Made by a program: the position numbers and the translations under genes. Below the pieces are notes generated by a model. That model did no database searches, was not told the origin of the DNA, and saw only the letters and a program-made list of their open reading frames with translations. From Phoronis australis (taxonomy: Eukaryota; Animalia; Phoronida), in NCBI GenBank assembly GCA_002633005.1, contig NMRA01000113.1, positions 274,054 to 338,053 on the forward strand: a stretch of 64,000 bases of DNA, given 5' to 3'. Each line of letters begins with the position of its first letter. Positions within the stretch are counted from its first letter, which is position 1. Of the stretch, positions 23,446 to 36,653 are shown piece after piece.

Positions 23446-24917
23446 TGTTCTATTTACACCAACCTCTAGCCTATTTACACTGGCACAGCATTTTGGTAGA
23501 TTAGTTCACTAGCCATCTACATGTGAAGCAACATTCTTAAAAAGAGCTCGAATATATTGTGCACAATTAACAACAACAAACAAAAATCCTTGGTGAGGCG
23601 ACAAAGTGATAGGAGGCGAGGACGAGAATTTGACAGGCAAGACAGATGTGACATCAGCTTCATCGTCTGATACGGTAACATTAACTGAACTTAAGGTGCT
23701 GATTATTTAATCTTCAAAAAGACTCGAGGGCATATTACAATGAAAACTAACTATTGCTGTGAGTCAACTTGACGAAGAGAAAAAGTATCAATCATTTTTG
23801 TCAGACCAGTTAGATGATGTTGACAATATTTAAAGACATTGACCTTGTCGGTGATAAACTTGCTCTGACTGAGATGCGTCATAAATAAAGTTTCGTATTT
23901 TGGTCTTACTTGATTATCCAGTGATATACTACGCACTAACATGCCTCGTGATTTTAAAGCATATAAATTGGACCAAACTGCAAGTAACAATGTAAGCCTT
24001 GTTAATCATAAATTATTAACTGCACGGTGTGTTCCTGGAGGCATGTGAATAATATGTCTCTACAGTAAGAGCTAATAGTGTCAATATTGAGGGGTTCAGT
24101 CAGTATGTGCCGTAAGAGCATGAGAGTCTTTCAAAGTACGCAGGAAAATTAGAAATGACCTAATGATCCACAAACCAATTGCTGATGGTGCATTAGTTTA
24201 TTTGCTAACAAGAGACTTGCATAGAATATCAACCATCACCACCCTTTGTTGGTGGCCACCAATTAGCGGACAGACAGCAGGTTTAGTACTACTTTCCATC
24301 TTCTCCAATGGAGAGAGTTGCATCGCAACACTAATGGAACATAACCCACCTGTTGATAAAACCAGTTTTTACTCAACAATGGCCAAAGGAAGATGATAGA
24401 CTCCTTCAAACCATAGCGGTCACACTCCAAGTGAACTTAATGTGTCAATCACAAATCATGTTTGTACTTTGAGGTCACTCATCTAGAAGACAGAGCATGA
24501 CCTATTCAAGCAGGTATACCAGATTGAGTTGGTGAATATTGACATTTATCAGTACAAACACGAGTTAAAATTCAACACTTGACATTGGATGAAATATTTA
24601 CCCATTTTCTGCACACAGAAACAAGTTGACAACCTTTTACATTTGAATGTTAAGAGTGTATCATCGCTTGACTCATTGGCAAGCACCCCTAGTCAATCAT
24701 GGGGTTGTTGACATCACTATTGAAACAATCGGTAATACGTAGCAGTTAATCAGATAAATGACATGCAATTCCCCATCATGGCCACTGGGTGCAAATAAAA
24801 CTTATCATCACAGTGGCTGCAATGACAAGTTATCATCTATTATGACCACGAAAAAAGAGTTTTGACAGATTAATTTTGGAACATACCAGTGATTACAATC
24901 TAAATAAATGCAAACCC

Positions 24918-27420
24918 TCATCTGTGCCTATCACCAAGTGGGCCACTATCATCTTCATCACTTTCAAATTCCACATCTTCATCCCATTCTTCTACCACAT
25001 CAAGTTCTGCATCCTGTTGTGCGACTACTTCAGTATCTGTCCAGTCATGCGTATTCGTCAGAGCATGAGATCGTGTCTTAACTGCATGTTTTCTCTTCTG
25101 CACAAGCTTCCAACTTTTTGCTACAGTGTCACTGTCTAAAACATCAACTGAATCGCCAGAGTCACAAAATCGATTCAATAGCTTCTGCTTACGAGTATTA
25201 ACTTGTCTAGTCATTGTTTCATAATCTACATCGTAAAGATCAGAGCGAAGAGTTATCTCACTCAAGTCACCATGTAGTTCTTCATCCTCAATGTCCTCAC
25301 TTGTGTTCGTATCTTCATGAGTTCCCATGTCAGCAATTTTCAGCAGCTGCTCAATCTCAGCATAGCGTGCCACAGTTAAATCCTTGAGAAAGTTGATCTT
25401 GGGAACGTTGGCCAGCACTCGAAGTTGTGTGAGTTCATGCCTTAAATACAAGTGTTCAAATGTCCTTCAGTTAACAACAATGCAATGAAGAACACCAAGA
25501 GTAGAGAACCAGTGCACACTCGCATTGGCCACAAATTTCCTTGACATTTGCACTGTTAACTTGCTTGTTGTGTGGTGTTACCTTCCACCATTGTATAAAC
25601 CAGGAAATTCATTTACAACTGTGGATTGTGAGAGGATTTTTGATATATATTTTTGACAACACGACTAAAAGCTGTTGAAAAAGAAACTCCAGCAAAAAAT
25701 TAAGACTATACAAATTAACATACTTTTGAATATCAATCCTTTTACGTTGTAAAAATGTCCAAGAACAGAATTCATAATGACTCATCCAGTGCTCTATAAC
25801 ACTGACCCATACCACATTAAATCATTCCAGTCTATTCATAAATCAAGTAAACTATAATAAATTGAAACAACTGAAAAAGTGCAAAGTAATACCTCATCTT
25901 ATAACAGTGTTCCTGGAGGAGAGAGTTGATCTTATCATCTTTCTCAGCTACACCGCTGGCCAACCAAGAGATGTTTATGCAGTTGAAGTCAGGAGGGATC
26001 TCCACCTGCAAAGTGTCAACACATTGTGATCTCAGTGTATGGCTATCACACCTATTAAATACATTTGGGATAGATAGGGAAGATTTATTAACACTACATG
26101 GGAGCCTTCCACGTTCCATATTTCAAAGCATATTTGAGTGCCAAGTAACAGACAGTATTTTTCTTTCAAAAGCAACCTCACCAACAAATCACTCGGTAAC
26201 AACAAAAATTAAAGCGGCCATAAACCGCAGTCGGTAAACCCTTTGAAATAAGGTCAAAGTCTGCAGAGTGAAAGGATAGAATCAAGTGCCATGCACACCA
26301 CACTCCAACTGCACATCAAACACTAACCGCACACCACGAAATTGCAATTGTGTGAACACCTTTATCTTGAGAAATAATGTAGCGAATATAACTGCACAGA
26401 AATCAAAACCTTCAAAAGAACTTATTCACTCGAAGATTCAACTTTTTACTTTCGCTTGTCACTCCACTATTTGCAATTTTTAACCTACCAGTGAACTCAT
26501 GAACTAAGCATTCACTGGTCTCATTGGCTGGCATTTAGGTCACTAAATGACATCATTAGGTCAAAAACTAAGACTAGATGATGGCAGACGATTTGATTCA
26601 TTGTTGTTGGAAGAAACTAATAAGAGGCAACATATAATCAGTAAGACCGTTTGCGGTTTCATGAACATGTCAAGAGAATTTGGTTTGGATAGTACTAAAA
26701 AACTGAACAAGAATTTTCCTCCCATTTATATCCATATCACCAAGTGATGAAAAGCCCTCCAGTGGACATTTAGCTCTGTTTAAGAGCTGAGTATTGGCTA
26801 CTATAAACACATGTTCTAATTTAGACCACTTGCCAGCAATAATATTGGTCTCCGCTTGTTCCTCACTCAGATTGGAAGTAATGTCTGGTTTACTAAAGAA
26901 CTGACATTTCATTATTCCTTAAGAGCCAGGTCACAAAATGACAAGCCAATTTGTAGAGCCTGGTCACAAGCAATAATAACGGTAAGTAATCTAATTTGAA
27001 GTTAAATTTTATAGTGGAAGGCTGGTTTATAGCTGTTTTAACAACAATGCTTTAATTAATGGCTGTCAGGTTGTCACAACTGTTGTCTTCTTAACTGTAA
27101 ATAGGGACCAGGGTAATGGTCTGATATAACGTGCCCGAATTTTGAGAACCAGTTCTCTCCACTGAATAACGGGCATCAAACTGGTTCGCACGTTATATCA
27201 ACCTATTCCCAACATGGTATTTGAATACACAATTGCATGCTCACCTTCGAGATTTCCACTCCATACTTGACCAAATCATCACCAAGAGTTCCAGAGTTGA
27301 TGAGAGCACTAACGTTCTCGTGAACTAAAGATCCCACCTGCTGAAGCCGTTTTGTTAGACCAAGACGAAGAGCCTGTTGATGTTTCAGAGAGTTGGATGG
27401 AGAACTTAAATGCTAAAATA
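24918..27420 (-). pseudogene. Decayed large transposase, possibly Academ-type (XPG/PIN-like plus Cys-rich C-terminus and acidic tail)
   Basis: Minus-strand fragments in the expected order: SNLSEEQAETNII (like SNHEEADT), LLQEHCYKMRYY (like L.QH..RA.Y), a CKC-containing Cys cluster at ~25.5 kb, then acidic ORF 24918-25451. Confidence 0.4.
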
Positions 27421-29026
27421 GAATAAATCTTTTAAAGCCAGATAACAATGACATCACATCAAATGAGAAATTTAATGGGGTTTGAGCCAGATAAACAGGT
27501 TACAGAATCTAATTAATCTGCATAAAGTAATCGATTTTGACATGCACTACCATTACTGTAACCATTATTGTAATCATTATTTCACTGTTTAAAGTGGCAA
27601 TAAAACAGTTATCCGTCAAAGAAACTATGGCAACTTTTGATTTAGGCCACTTAACATCATGCGATTACTTTTAACTTGCTCCTTGCTCAGATGAGAAGCA
27701 ATTTTTGGTCTTCAATAGGAAAGATCATTTTTGCTTGAGACCATGCTCAATGAATACACTGACACTGTGACAACTCAACTTAAAGAGCCTCGTCTCCAGC
27801 ATTAATAAACAGTTAGTCCAGAAATCACACCTGTTTTGACACAGGAACAACTTGGTTTTAATTGCTCTTAGACAAAGGTTGTTTCTTGTGATGAGAGGTG
27901 GGTTTATAGCTGCTTCAAAAGAACCTTTAAATATCTCTCTCAATAGAAAAGCAAAGGTAACGACCAACTGTATGTCAACTCTATGCGGTTACAAATTTTT
28001 TGCAAGCGTTATTTCATAAAAAAGCAGTTTAATGCCAGTAAAGTGCGCCATTCCGTTATCTCAAATAAATTGTAGAAATATGCAAGGGTAATCACGCTTA
28101 CCATAGGACTGTAATAGAATTTCTTCTTCCTGAAAATAATACCAGAACTGTGAATTAATATGTTTCTGTCACAAAAAATACAAGGTTAATACACAGCCAT
28201 TCACAATGACAATAATGCCTGTGCAGTAAGCGCACATGTGATCACAAGTACCTTGCGCTAAAGCCTTGAAAACATTTGTCAATGTTCACTGCAATGAAAA
28301 TGAATTAACTCGGTGTGGAGTGCTGACATCTCGTCTGGTCATGCCTTCTATCATTATTGAACGCCAACATAGAAAATCCAGTGATACTGAGATTTGAACC
28401 CAGATTTGGAGGCTTTAGTTAGATGTACATTACACCAGGAAGTCACATGATATAACAATCCCATAGTGCAACTGTCCGTTTAACTGAAATTCTGTTAAGC
28501 GGATAGTGTTGGTAGATCAAATACGCAATTCTCAACAGAACTAACCAGTAAGGGCACTAATTCATCCAAGGGAAATATTTCGGGGTGAGGGGGAAAATTC
28601 CACCTCCCAATCACCATCAACAACCCCAATCCACCGGTACTGGTCGGATATAGGGACCGCTTTATCCGACCAGCGCCATCGTCACCTGTGTGGGTGTCAA
28701 GTGATTTGGACCTCGAAGGGAATTTTTCAATCACTTGAGGGGAATTTTGTGGACATCATGAGGGGAATTGTACATGATTTTTCAATATTTTTCAGAAGGG
28801 AATGGGTCCGATATTCGGCAACAATATCGAAGGATTGAGGGCCTTGCCAGCTGAGAGCTAGATATATGAAGACTAACACTGCTGTCTCTTAACTTCACAG
28901 ACCTCGAAATTTCACACCAGCTGCATGGTTCTGCTCGTCACCACACTGTGAAACTTATTTCAGCATGCGTGTGACATCAGCAATACAAAACTACAAAAGG
29001 GTCTTCGTCAACATTTACCATTCTGC

Positions 29027-29581
29027 TGTAGTCGTAGCCAAGATTACCCGACCTGGGAATCGAACCAGCGACCCCCCCAAAACCAGCGAGCGTGCTAACC
29101 ATTCAGCTAATAGGCAATTGCCCGTTAGCACGTGGCTAACAGTAACAGAGGCTCATATGATTCACCGGAAGCATATCTATGTAACATCCCCCCCCTTTTC
29201 TACGGAACAGGCGCGCCACCAGGAAGGTGAACACCGGGTTGTCTCGCATACAGATCATTAACTTCCTTTGGAACCTTTACCACCACAACACACATGAACA
29301 GAAGGTCGTCTCTCCTACAGGTCCTCAACTCCTGGAACTTTTTCCATCACCATGCGCGCCATCCAAGGCCCCGAGGGTACTAGTTAGCGGTGCTTCATTG
29401 GTAGACCATCCGTTTGCAGAGATTACCTGACCCCAGAATCGAACCAGCTACCCCCCTAAAATGATAAAACCGGCGAGCGGGCTAACCATTCACTTCAGGT
29501 ATAAGTATATTGCACATCATTAGCAACTTTGCTGACTCTAAACAGAGGCTCATATGATTCACTGGAAGCACACCTACAGCA
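29027..29581 (-). mobile_element. TRIM-like miniature LTR retroelement with tRNA-like LTRs
   Basis: Two ~160-175-bp direct repeats (29027-29186 and ~29405-29581); TG...CA outer ends; 4-bp TSD CTGC (29023-29026, 29582-29585); minus-strand PPT (plus TCCCCCCCCTTTTC, 29187-29200); ~220-bp non-coding interior. Confidence 0.8.
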
Positions 29582-30044
29582 CTGCGTACCAAACGCACAC
29601 TTGCAATACACTCATTAGTTTGAACATTTCTTGCTACACAACACGTAACACTTACGACATTCTGCCAAGGACTTTCTTCTGCATCATACTTTCCGTTTTG
29701 CGTTGAATCTTTCGCGAACTTTTGGCCTTCGACAACCCAAAACTAGACACAGAGCAGTGAAATCCCCGTCTTTCCAAGGAAAGGAGGAGAGTTTCGCGAA
29801 ATATCGTGCAAAGCACACTAACTCCGCCACCAGCTGCCATGTGATAGGCCGGTTAATGGGTCAACACGCGAAATGGCCAAGCTTGTTTTCCCCACTGCAC
29901 TACCGGAAGAACTGGTGTCTGTGCGCGCGCAAGGAGGTCAAGTCGGTGACCTCTACCGGATGTTCTATCTGACCTCCTGCTAACCTGGTTCCCGGGCCTC
30001 ACAAGATGACGTCACGAGGGTCTGTGCAGGAGACTAACCTCCTG

Positions 30045-30197
30045 CCTCCCGTTCAGTAACGCTAGGACCTCGCTAAAAAGCAAGACTTCGCGAGATTACG
30101 TGAGATATTGCCGTGCATTTTAAATGAAAACACGTGTCTTTGACTAGGTTTAAGCTAGGTCCTAGCGTAGGTCCTAGCGTCTACTGAACGCACGCCT
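30045..30197. mobile_element. MITE; a ~40-bp internally deleted derivative lies at ~36779-36819
   Basis: Inverted ends GCCTCCCGTTCAGTA / TACTGAACGCACGCC with GCTAGGACCT / AGGTCCTAGC subrepeats. Confidence 0.6.
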
Positions 30198-30295
30198 GGT
30201 TTCGGGCTACCCTTACCCTCTGACACAGCGCCACCTATACAGCAACTTTCGTTTAGCACTGTGATAGAGTGTAGGTTTCGGGCTTGCTGTAATTA

Positions 30296-30397
30296 CCGTA
30301 ATCGTTCGGGTTAACGCCCTGGGCGGTTAAATTGGGAATCAAAAAAATCGGGGGAGGGCGGTTAACCGAGCATGGGCGTTAACCCGAACGATTACGG
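30296..30397. mobile_element. Tc1/mariner(pogo)-type MITE
   Basis: Perfect 24-bp TIR CCGTAATCGTTCGGGTTAACGCCC, flanked by TA on both sides. Confidence 0.85.
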
Positions 30398-30960
30398 TAG
30401 TATGAGTTGACGCCAACAGGGTGATTTCCACGCCAGTGGACAACTGAGAAAGCGTGCACTGTTTACCCCAGACAAAGACTTTAGTATCTTTACCCAGAGT
30501 ACCCACTTCCTCGGCGCATCAGGGCTTGGGTGCTGGTGTGCGGTAAATGAATTGGGAATCTTGCTTAATCTCAAGATCGCGTATGCGAACTTGGAATACA
30601 CGAGGAAACTTGACGTTCACTCAATAAAGGGCCTATCACGTTCACGTTGATAAATGTTTGCACTGCCACTAAATCAAATTACATGTTGATAAAATAAGGT
30701 ATTTTTAACCAATCCTTTTCAACTAACACCATCATTGATTTAACCATTCACAACCTCTGATTCTTTACGCGTTAAAAGAGAAAATGGGTGGATCACGAGG
30801 CCAAATACAAAAATTCTTTACATGAATATAACATTTCACCTAATTGCCAGTATTCAATTCCAAGTTCACGCATTCTCGATCAGTTGAGATTCAAGCAGGA
30901 TTCCAAATGTTGGCAAACACTGAGCAGTGGCGCCGGGCACAGATTGAATTGAGCTGTTGC
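30398..30960. repeat. Left arm of a long inverted repeat (right arm 33660-35750, interrupted by a HINE)
   Basis: Reverse complement aligns to 33660-33853 plus 35401-35750, e.g. ATGGGTGGATCACGAGGCCAA vs TTGGCCTCGTGATCCACCCAT. Confidence 0.75.
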
Positions 30961-31252
30961 CGGGCTTGTCCGATCTCATATTCAATCAGGAGCTAATTGC
31001 AGTCGTGTGAACAACGGAGCCCGAGAGTACGAGTTTCAAAGTCAAAAACAACTTAAAACACTCAGTAGGACTAAGGCAAACGACCAACATGTCCCGAATT
31101 TGAAAAGTAAATATTAACCGTCTTTTAGTTCGAATTTCAATGCTCTATAAAGAGAAATTAGTGAAAAGGTTTTTTCACCAGCGCGGCTAATTAAGCCATG
31201 CGCATAAATTTGTGAATCGATTAGGACGGATTAGTCGCAGTCTGGCGCTTTG

Positions 31253-31925
31253 TCCCAAATAGCATCACTACGTTGGGCCGACGTCGCCATTCGTTGGCTC
31301 GAGGTCGGGTCGCGGTCGTTTTTTTTGACGTTGGTCCGACGTTGGTCGGCGGTCTACGACATACTGCCTTTAAAAGCCTGTTTTGCACTTCCAAGTAAAT
31401 TCGACGCTTGCGATATTATTTTTTTAGTATTTGCCCTACTTTGAGTATTGTTCAGTCTTGACGTAGGACCAACGTTGGCTCAGCGTCGGGCACGTTTGAC
31501 GTTTGGCCGACGCGGGTGCGACGCGGTGCGAGAAATCATATGTGGTGCTGAGTCCGACGTCGGTCCAACGTCGTGTCGTTGTCAAAAGTGTAGGCCCATT
31601 TAAATCATAGCGTCAAATTGCCAAAAAAGGGAAATTAAAAATCCGACTATGATTCAGAAAAAATATTTACTGCCGTGCATAAGTCAGCCTATTTGTCCTT
31701 CTTTGAGTATAATTGTTCAGTCTTGACGTCGAACCAACGCTGGCTCAGCGTTTGACGTTGTGCCGACGCGGGTGCGACGCCGGGTGCGAGAAATCATATG
31801 TTGTGCTGAGTCCGACGTCGGTCCAACGTCGTGTCGTTGTCAAAATATAGGTCCATTTAATAGCGTCAAATTGAAAAAGGAAAATTAAAAATCCGTCAAT
31901 TCATAAAAATATACTGCCGTGCCCA
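31253..31925. repeat. CGACGTCG-rich MITE end with internal ~250-bp tandem duplication
   Basis: Starts CCCAAATAGCA; 31440-31680 is repeated at ~31700-31920. Confidence 0.6.
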
Positions 31926-33853
31926 TATGTAACCCAGCCAGAGCCCAGCGACCCGGGGGAGGCCGCCCGCTGCCGTTCTTTGTTCGCCTCTGCGCTCGTG
32001 AGTCGTTTTCGTCACACCAAATAATTGGTAGTCATTGGCAACACTCTCTAATTTCCAAACAGTGTCATCTTCCACAGAATTTGCCACCGCTCAAACTGTT
32101 CCCGGCACGCGGGAGTGGCTGATGGTAGTAACGTGTTCGGGGGGTAACTAGTGACAAAACACCAAATGTTAATTAGCGTTTAGTTGCCTCAAGTGGTCGG
32201 GCCGGCATTAATAACTGCACGGCGCTGATTCCGTAGTTGATAGCCGCTGGGTGTCTTAATCTCACTGACGGTCTGTTTTCGGCTTTGGGCCTCGGCACGA
32301 AGCTGAGTGCATTCAAGCTGAAGGCTGAATTGAACGAGGCTACGGGGTTTTTTTTTCCATTCTGTCATCACACGAAATGCAGTGGCCCCGGCATCTACTG
32401 AGACCGACATAATTTTACGGAGCTCCGCATTGGGCTGTATGCCCGGCCACATGTACGCGTATGATGAGATAAACCTGAGTTTCGAATAATAAGGCCTATA
32501 ATTGTAGTTTATGGGAAAAGAATGTATAGTCTCAAGTAAAGAACTCCGTTGTAATAAATACGATCGGGCCGGGGGCGTTCCATCTGAATGCAGATGAAGA
32601 GTATCCGGCTACGGTAGATCTCAGGACTTACTAACCTGGAAACGGCGTGCCTCGGCGGCAAGTGAACACTACGAATGAGAGTGGTGTGCAATTGTGCTAA
32701 CGAGGCCGGATGCAGGGGTCGCAAATTGGTGAGCGGTTAGGAGGGTCACGAAAATGTGATCGGTGTCGATTCCAAGGACTGGGAAGGACTCTCCGAGGCA
32801 ATGCGCGCAGACTGATTTGCTTGACGAGTTGTTGACAAGAGTCAAAACTGCTGAACTCCATCGGCCCCCTACTTCACCGAACTATGTACGTGACACTATA
32901 TATCAACAGAAGTGGTACAAAGGACCACTAACTTGTCATATTCTGTGGAGTAGAGCAATCATTACGGCCGGTATTAGTTAGCGATGGCGACAGGGTGAAT
33001 GCGAGGAGTTCAGTGACTGAAAGATGTTTGGTTGACTGAAACCTAACCCGGTTAGGTCTTCGCAATCACGGTACGGCTCTTGTTAGACTTCGCCAGATCG
33101 CAAGCTTACTGAGAATCCTTCTTTACGGCGTTTTCCCGTTGCCCCCAACTTTTTGTTCGATTCTATATAGCCCAACAACAAGTTGGGAAGTTTACCCCCG
33201 CAGCCAATACGACTGATTAACACCATTCTGACATTCATGGTTGGAGGGCCAGCTCTCTTTTGTTCGACTCTTCATTGCCGTCTAATCTTCAAAAAGATCG
33301 TATCTAGCCAGACTGGGCTGTGCTGTTAAAAATAAAAGTTAAGTTATACTATAACATATTTGAACATAAACCAATAGCATTTCTGAAATCCTCGTCTAAT
33401 GGTGATCATTGTTTGGTTTTTGAATCGCCAAAATCGCCCAACTGCAACCGAAGTTCTGAGTGTACCAATTCGCTCTGGGTTTGTCGGTGTTTACGCGTGG
33501 TCTGTAATAAGCCTGGTAGATAATTGGCCCGCCTGTTGTCATAACAGACAAAGACTTTGCTTGGCAGTTAACAAAGAAGCTAGATGTTATTACACGCTCA
33601 GAACCCCCTTCGTCTGGTAAAGTCACTGAACAGGAAAACGCTGTCATGAAGCCCACGAATAGCAACAGCTCACTTCAATTAATCTGAGACGGCGCCACTC
33701 TAGTGCTGCACGCGAATTTGGAATCCTGCTTAATCTCAAGATCGCGTATGCGTGAACTTGGAATTGAATATTCATTAAGGCAATCAGGTGAAATGTTTTG
33801 TTCATGCAAAGAATTTTTGACATCGAATCCGCATTGGCCTCGTGATCCACCCA

Positions 33854-35400
33854 TTTTTATGCGCCCACATATATTTATATGTGGACGCATTATGCCGTCA
33901 TCTCTGTCCGTCCGTCCGTCCGTCCGGGCGGCGTCCGGCGTCCGCTTCAGTGCTCTATCTCCAAAACCCTTTGACATACGTTCATGAAATTTGGCACATA
34001 TGTTCCATTCATGAATGGCACGGCATGTGCGAACTTTCGGACGGATCCGACTACCGGTGTGCCCCCTAGTGGCAATTTTAGTTTTTTACGCTTACCTTTG
34101 TATCTTCACTGAAAAGTCCTGAACGGATTTTCATGAAATTTGGTATGTAGGCACTTATTAGTGAGATGACGCTATCCTGCCGTTTTCAGATGGATTCGAC
34201 ATAGTTTGCGCCACTTAGTGGCCATTTTTAATGTTTTCGAGTCTGTTTTTGTGCGTCCATCCCTCTATCAACCAAACCGCTCAAAGGATGATTGTGAAAA
34301 TTGGCATGTATATGCTTACTATGTAGAGGACGGTTGACGATGATTTTCCGACGATTTCGACTACTGTGGCGCCTCCTAGTGGCAGTTTTGTTTTTTTTCG
34401 CCTATGGCTGTATCTCCTAAACCGTTCGCAGGATCTTTACAAATTGTGTAAGTATATTTATATGATGTTAACAACGGAAGATGACGACTTTTGGTCGGAT
34501 CCGACTACCGGTGTGCCCCCTAGTGGCAATTTTAGTTTTTTACGCTTACCTTTGTATCTTCAAAAGTATTGAACGGATTTTCATGAAATTTGGTATGTAG
34601 GCACCTATTAGTGAGATGACGCTATCCTACTGTTTTCAGATGGATTCGACGTAGTTTGCGCCACCTAGTGGCCATTTTTACTGTTTTCGAGTCTGTATTT
34701 TTGCGTCCACCCCTCTATCAACCAAACCGCTCAAAGGATGATTGTGAAAATTGGCGTGTATGTGCTTACTATAAGGAAGACAGCTGACAATGATTTTCAG
34801 ACGATTTGGACTACTGTGGCGCCTCCTAGTGGCAGTTTTTTTTTTTTGCGCCCATGGCTGTATCTCCCAAACCGTTTGCAGGATCTTTACTAAATTTAGC
34901 AAGTGTATTTATGTGATGTTGACAACGGACGATGACGACTTTAGGATGATTCTGACTACCGGTATGCCTCTAGTGGCAATTTTAGTATTTGCCTCTAGTG
35001 GCAATTTTAGTATTTTACATTGACCTCTGTATGTTCATAGGTCTTCAGGTGTATACTTTGTGTTACTTCGTGACTATGAAGGAAAAGTTCCAAGTAGAAA
35101 TTTGTTTCTGGCATTCTAATGCTGTGCTAATCTCGTATGTTGGTAAATTTGTTTTTAATTCTATGTTTCTGTGGTGCTTTAAGCAACTGGTGTATAGGAT
35201 GTGCTTGTATTATGAAGATTATTCACATTTTGCCCCTAGCCTATTGAGAAGACAATGACCATGCCTTTCCATTTTGCTAAGTACAACATACTACATATAT
35301 GCCCTCTACTGGCCACTTTATGGTACCAATAAACAACCCTAGAAGGATACCGTTTGCGGTGCAATTGTGGGCGCATTTCAACGCTCTGCGTTGCTCTTGT
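33854..35400 (-). mobile_element. HINE-like element, second copy with one extra ~450-bp trimer
   Basis: Reverse complement of 11527-12612 with a duplicated block (GGATCCGACTACCGG at 34043 and 34497); inserted into a T-run with no TSD (empty site at ~30775-30790). Confidence 0.85.
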
Positions 35401-35810
35401 CTCTATGCCGTAATTTGTGTCAAAGAATCAGAGGTTGTGAATGGTTAAATCAATGGTGAATAAGACTGTCAATATATAGTAGAAAAAGGATTGGTTAAAA
35501 ATTACATTTTTTAATCAAAATGTAATTTGATTCACTCCAGTGCAAATTTTTATCAACGTGAACGTGATTATTTGAGTGAACGTCAAGTTTCCTGAAGTAT
35601 TCCAACATGATTTCAAATTCACGCACGGCCACCACTCAAGCCTTTGATGCGCCGAGGAAGTCGCAGGACACTCTGGGGGTGAACATTGCGCGCTTTCTCA
35701 GTCTTCCACTGCGTGGAAGTCATCCTGTTGACGCCAAAATCGTAGTACCCATCATGGAACCTATAGTATTATTAGAAGAGCAAAAAAAATGAAACTTAAA
35801 ATAGGAACTT

Positions 35811-36472
35811 ATTCAAAATGTTTAACCACAAACAGTCACAATTTCAAAAAGTTTTTTTTTTTTGACGGATCCCCATATTAGATGGTTCCAATTTAGAATA
35901 CTACATAGAATTATTGTAACAAATACCTTTTTAGTCAAAATATGTGTTAGGGATTCTGATCTATGTTCCTTTTGTAATAAAGCTCTAGAGACGCTGTCAC
36001 ACCTTTTTTGGGAATGTAGCTTTTTACAAGATTTCTTGAAGGAATTCGGAAAGCTACTTCAAAAGTGTGGCATTCAGCTTCCCAACTGTCTGTCTTACGA
36101 TAGTGTTATTATTGGACTTTACAAGACGCATGATTTTCTATTTAACATTTTCCTTCTACTAGCTAAACAGTACATTTACAACGAGAGATGTCACAAAAAT
36201 ATACCTAATTTTCTCAAGTTCGTTACAAAAACTTATGAATACTATAATGCTGAAAATTTTAATGCACATAAAAACTTTGTATATGACAGCTTCTCTGCAA
36301 AATGGGAAAATTTTATTGTTCATGTTAACTTCATGTAGAAGATATTTACTTTAAACGAGATCGGATAATGGTCTTCCTGAGGTGTGCATGCGTGAATGAA
36401 TGGTGTATTTATTTGTTCGTTTGTTTTTGTAATTGTTTGTAAATGATAATAAATACAAAAAAAAATCAAAAA
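35811..36472 (+). mobile_element. 3' end of a non-LTR retrotransposon (L1/Tx1-like), zf-RVT region
   Basis: ORF 35862-36338: FQFRILHRIIVTN...CSFC...ETLSHLFWEC...LLLAKQYIY; 3' UTR ends with AATAAA and an A-rich tail at ~36448-36472. Confidence 0.85.
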
Positions 36473-36653
36473 GTTAATTCATAGTGATTTCCGGATACCC
36501 GCATCCGCCGTGTGGATGCCCGGGGCCGTCGCCCCCAGCCGGCCCATCTGCGCGCAAGTACCGACATACCGGAGACGAGGCAGTATGCCCATGGATTATC
36601 ATTGGAAGCGCCTGCTATTGTTGCTAAGTTTGTTCTACGTTAGCTAATGACCT

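Noticed and set aside
29040-29120. Possible tRNA gene or tRNA-SINE
   Set aside because: A and B boxes are present but there is no proper acceptor or anticodon stem, and the unit has LTR ends and a 4-bp TSD rather than a SINE tail.
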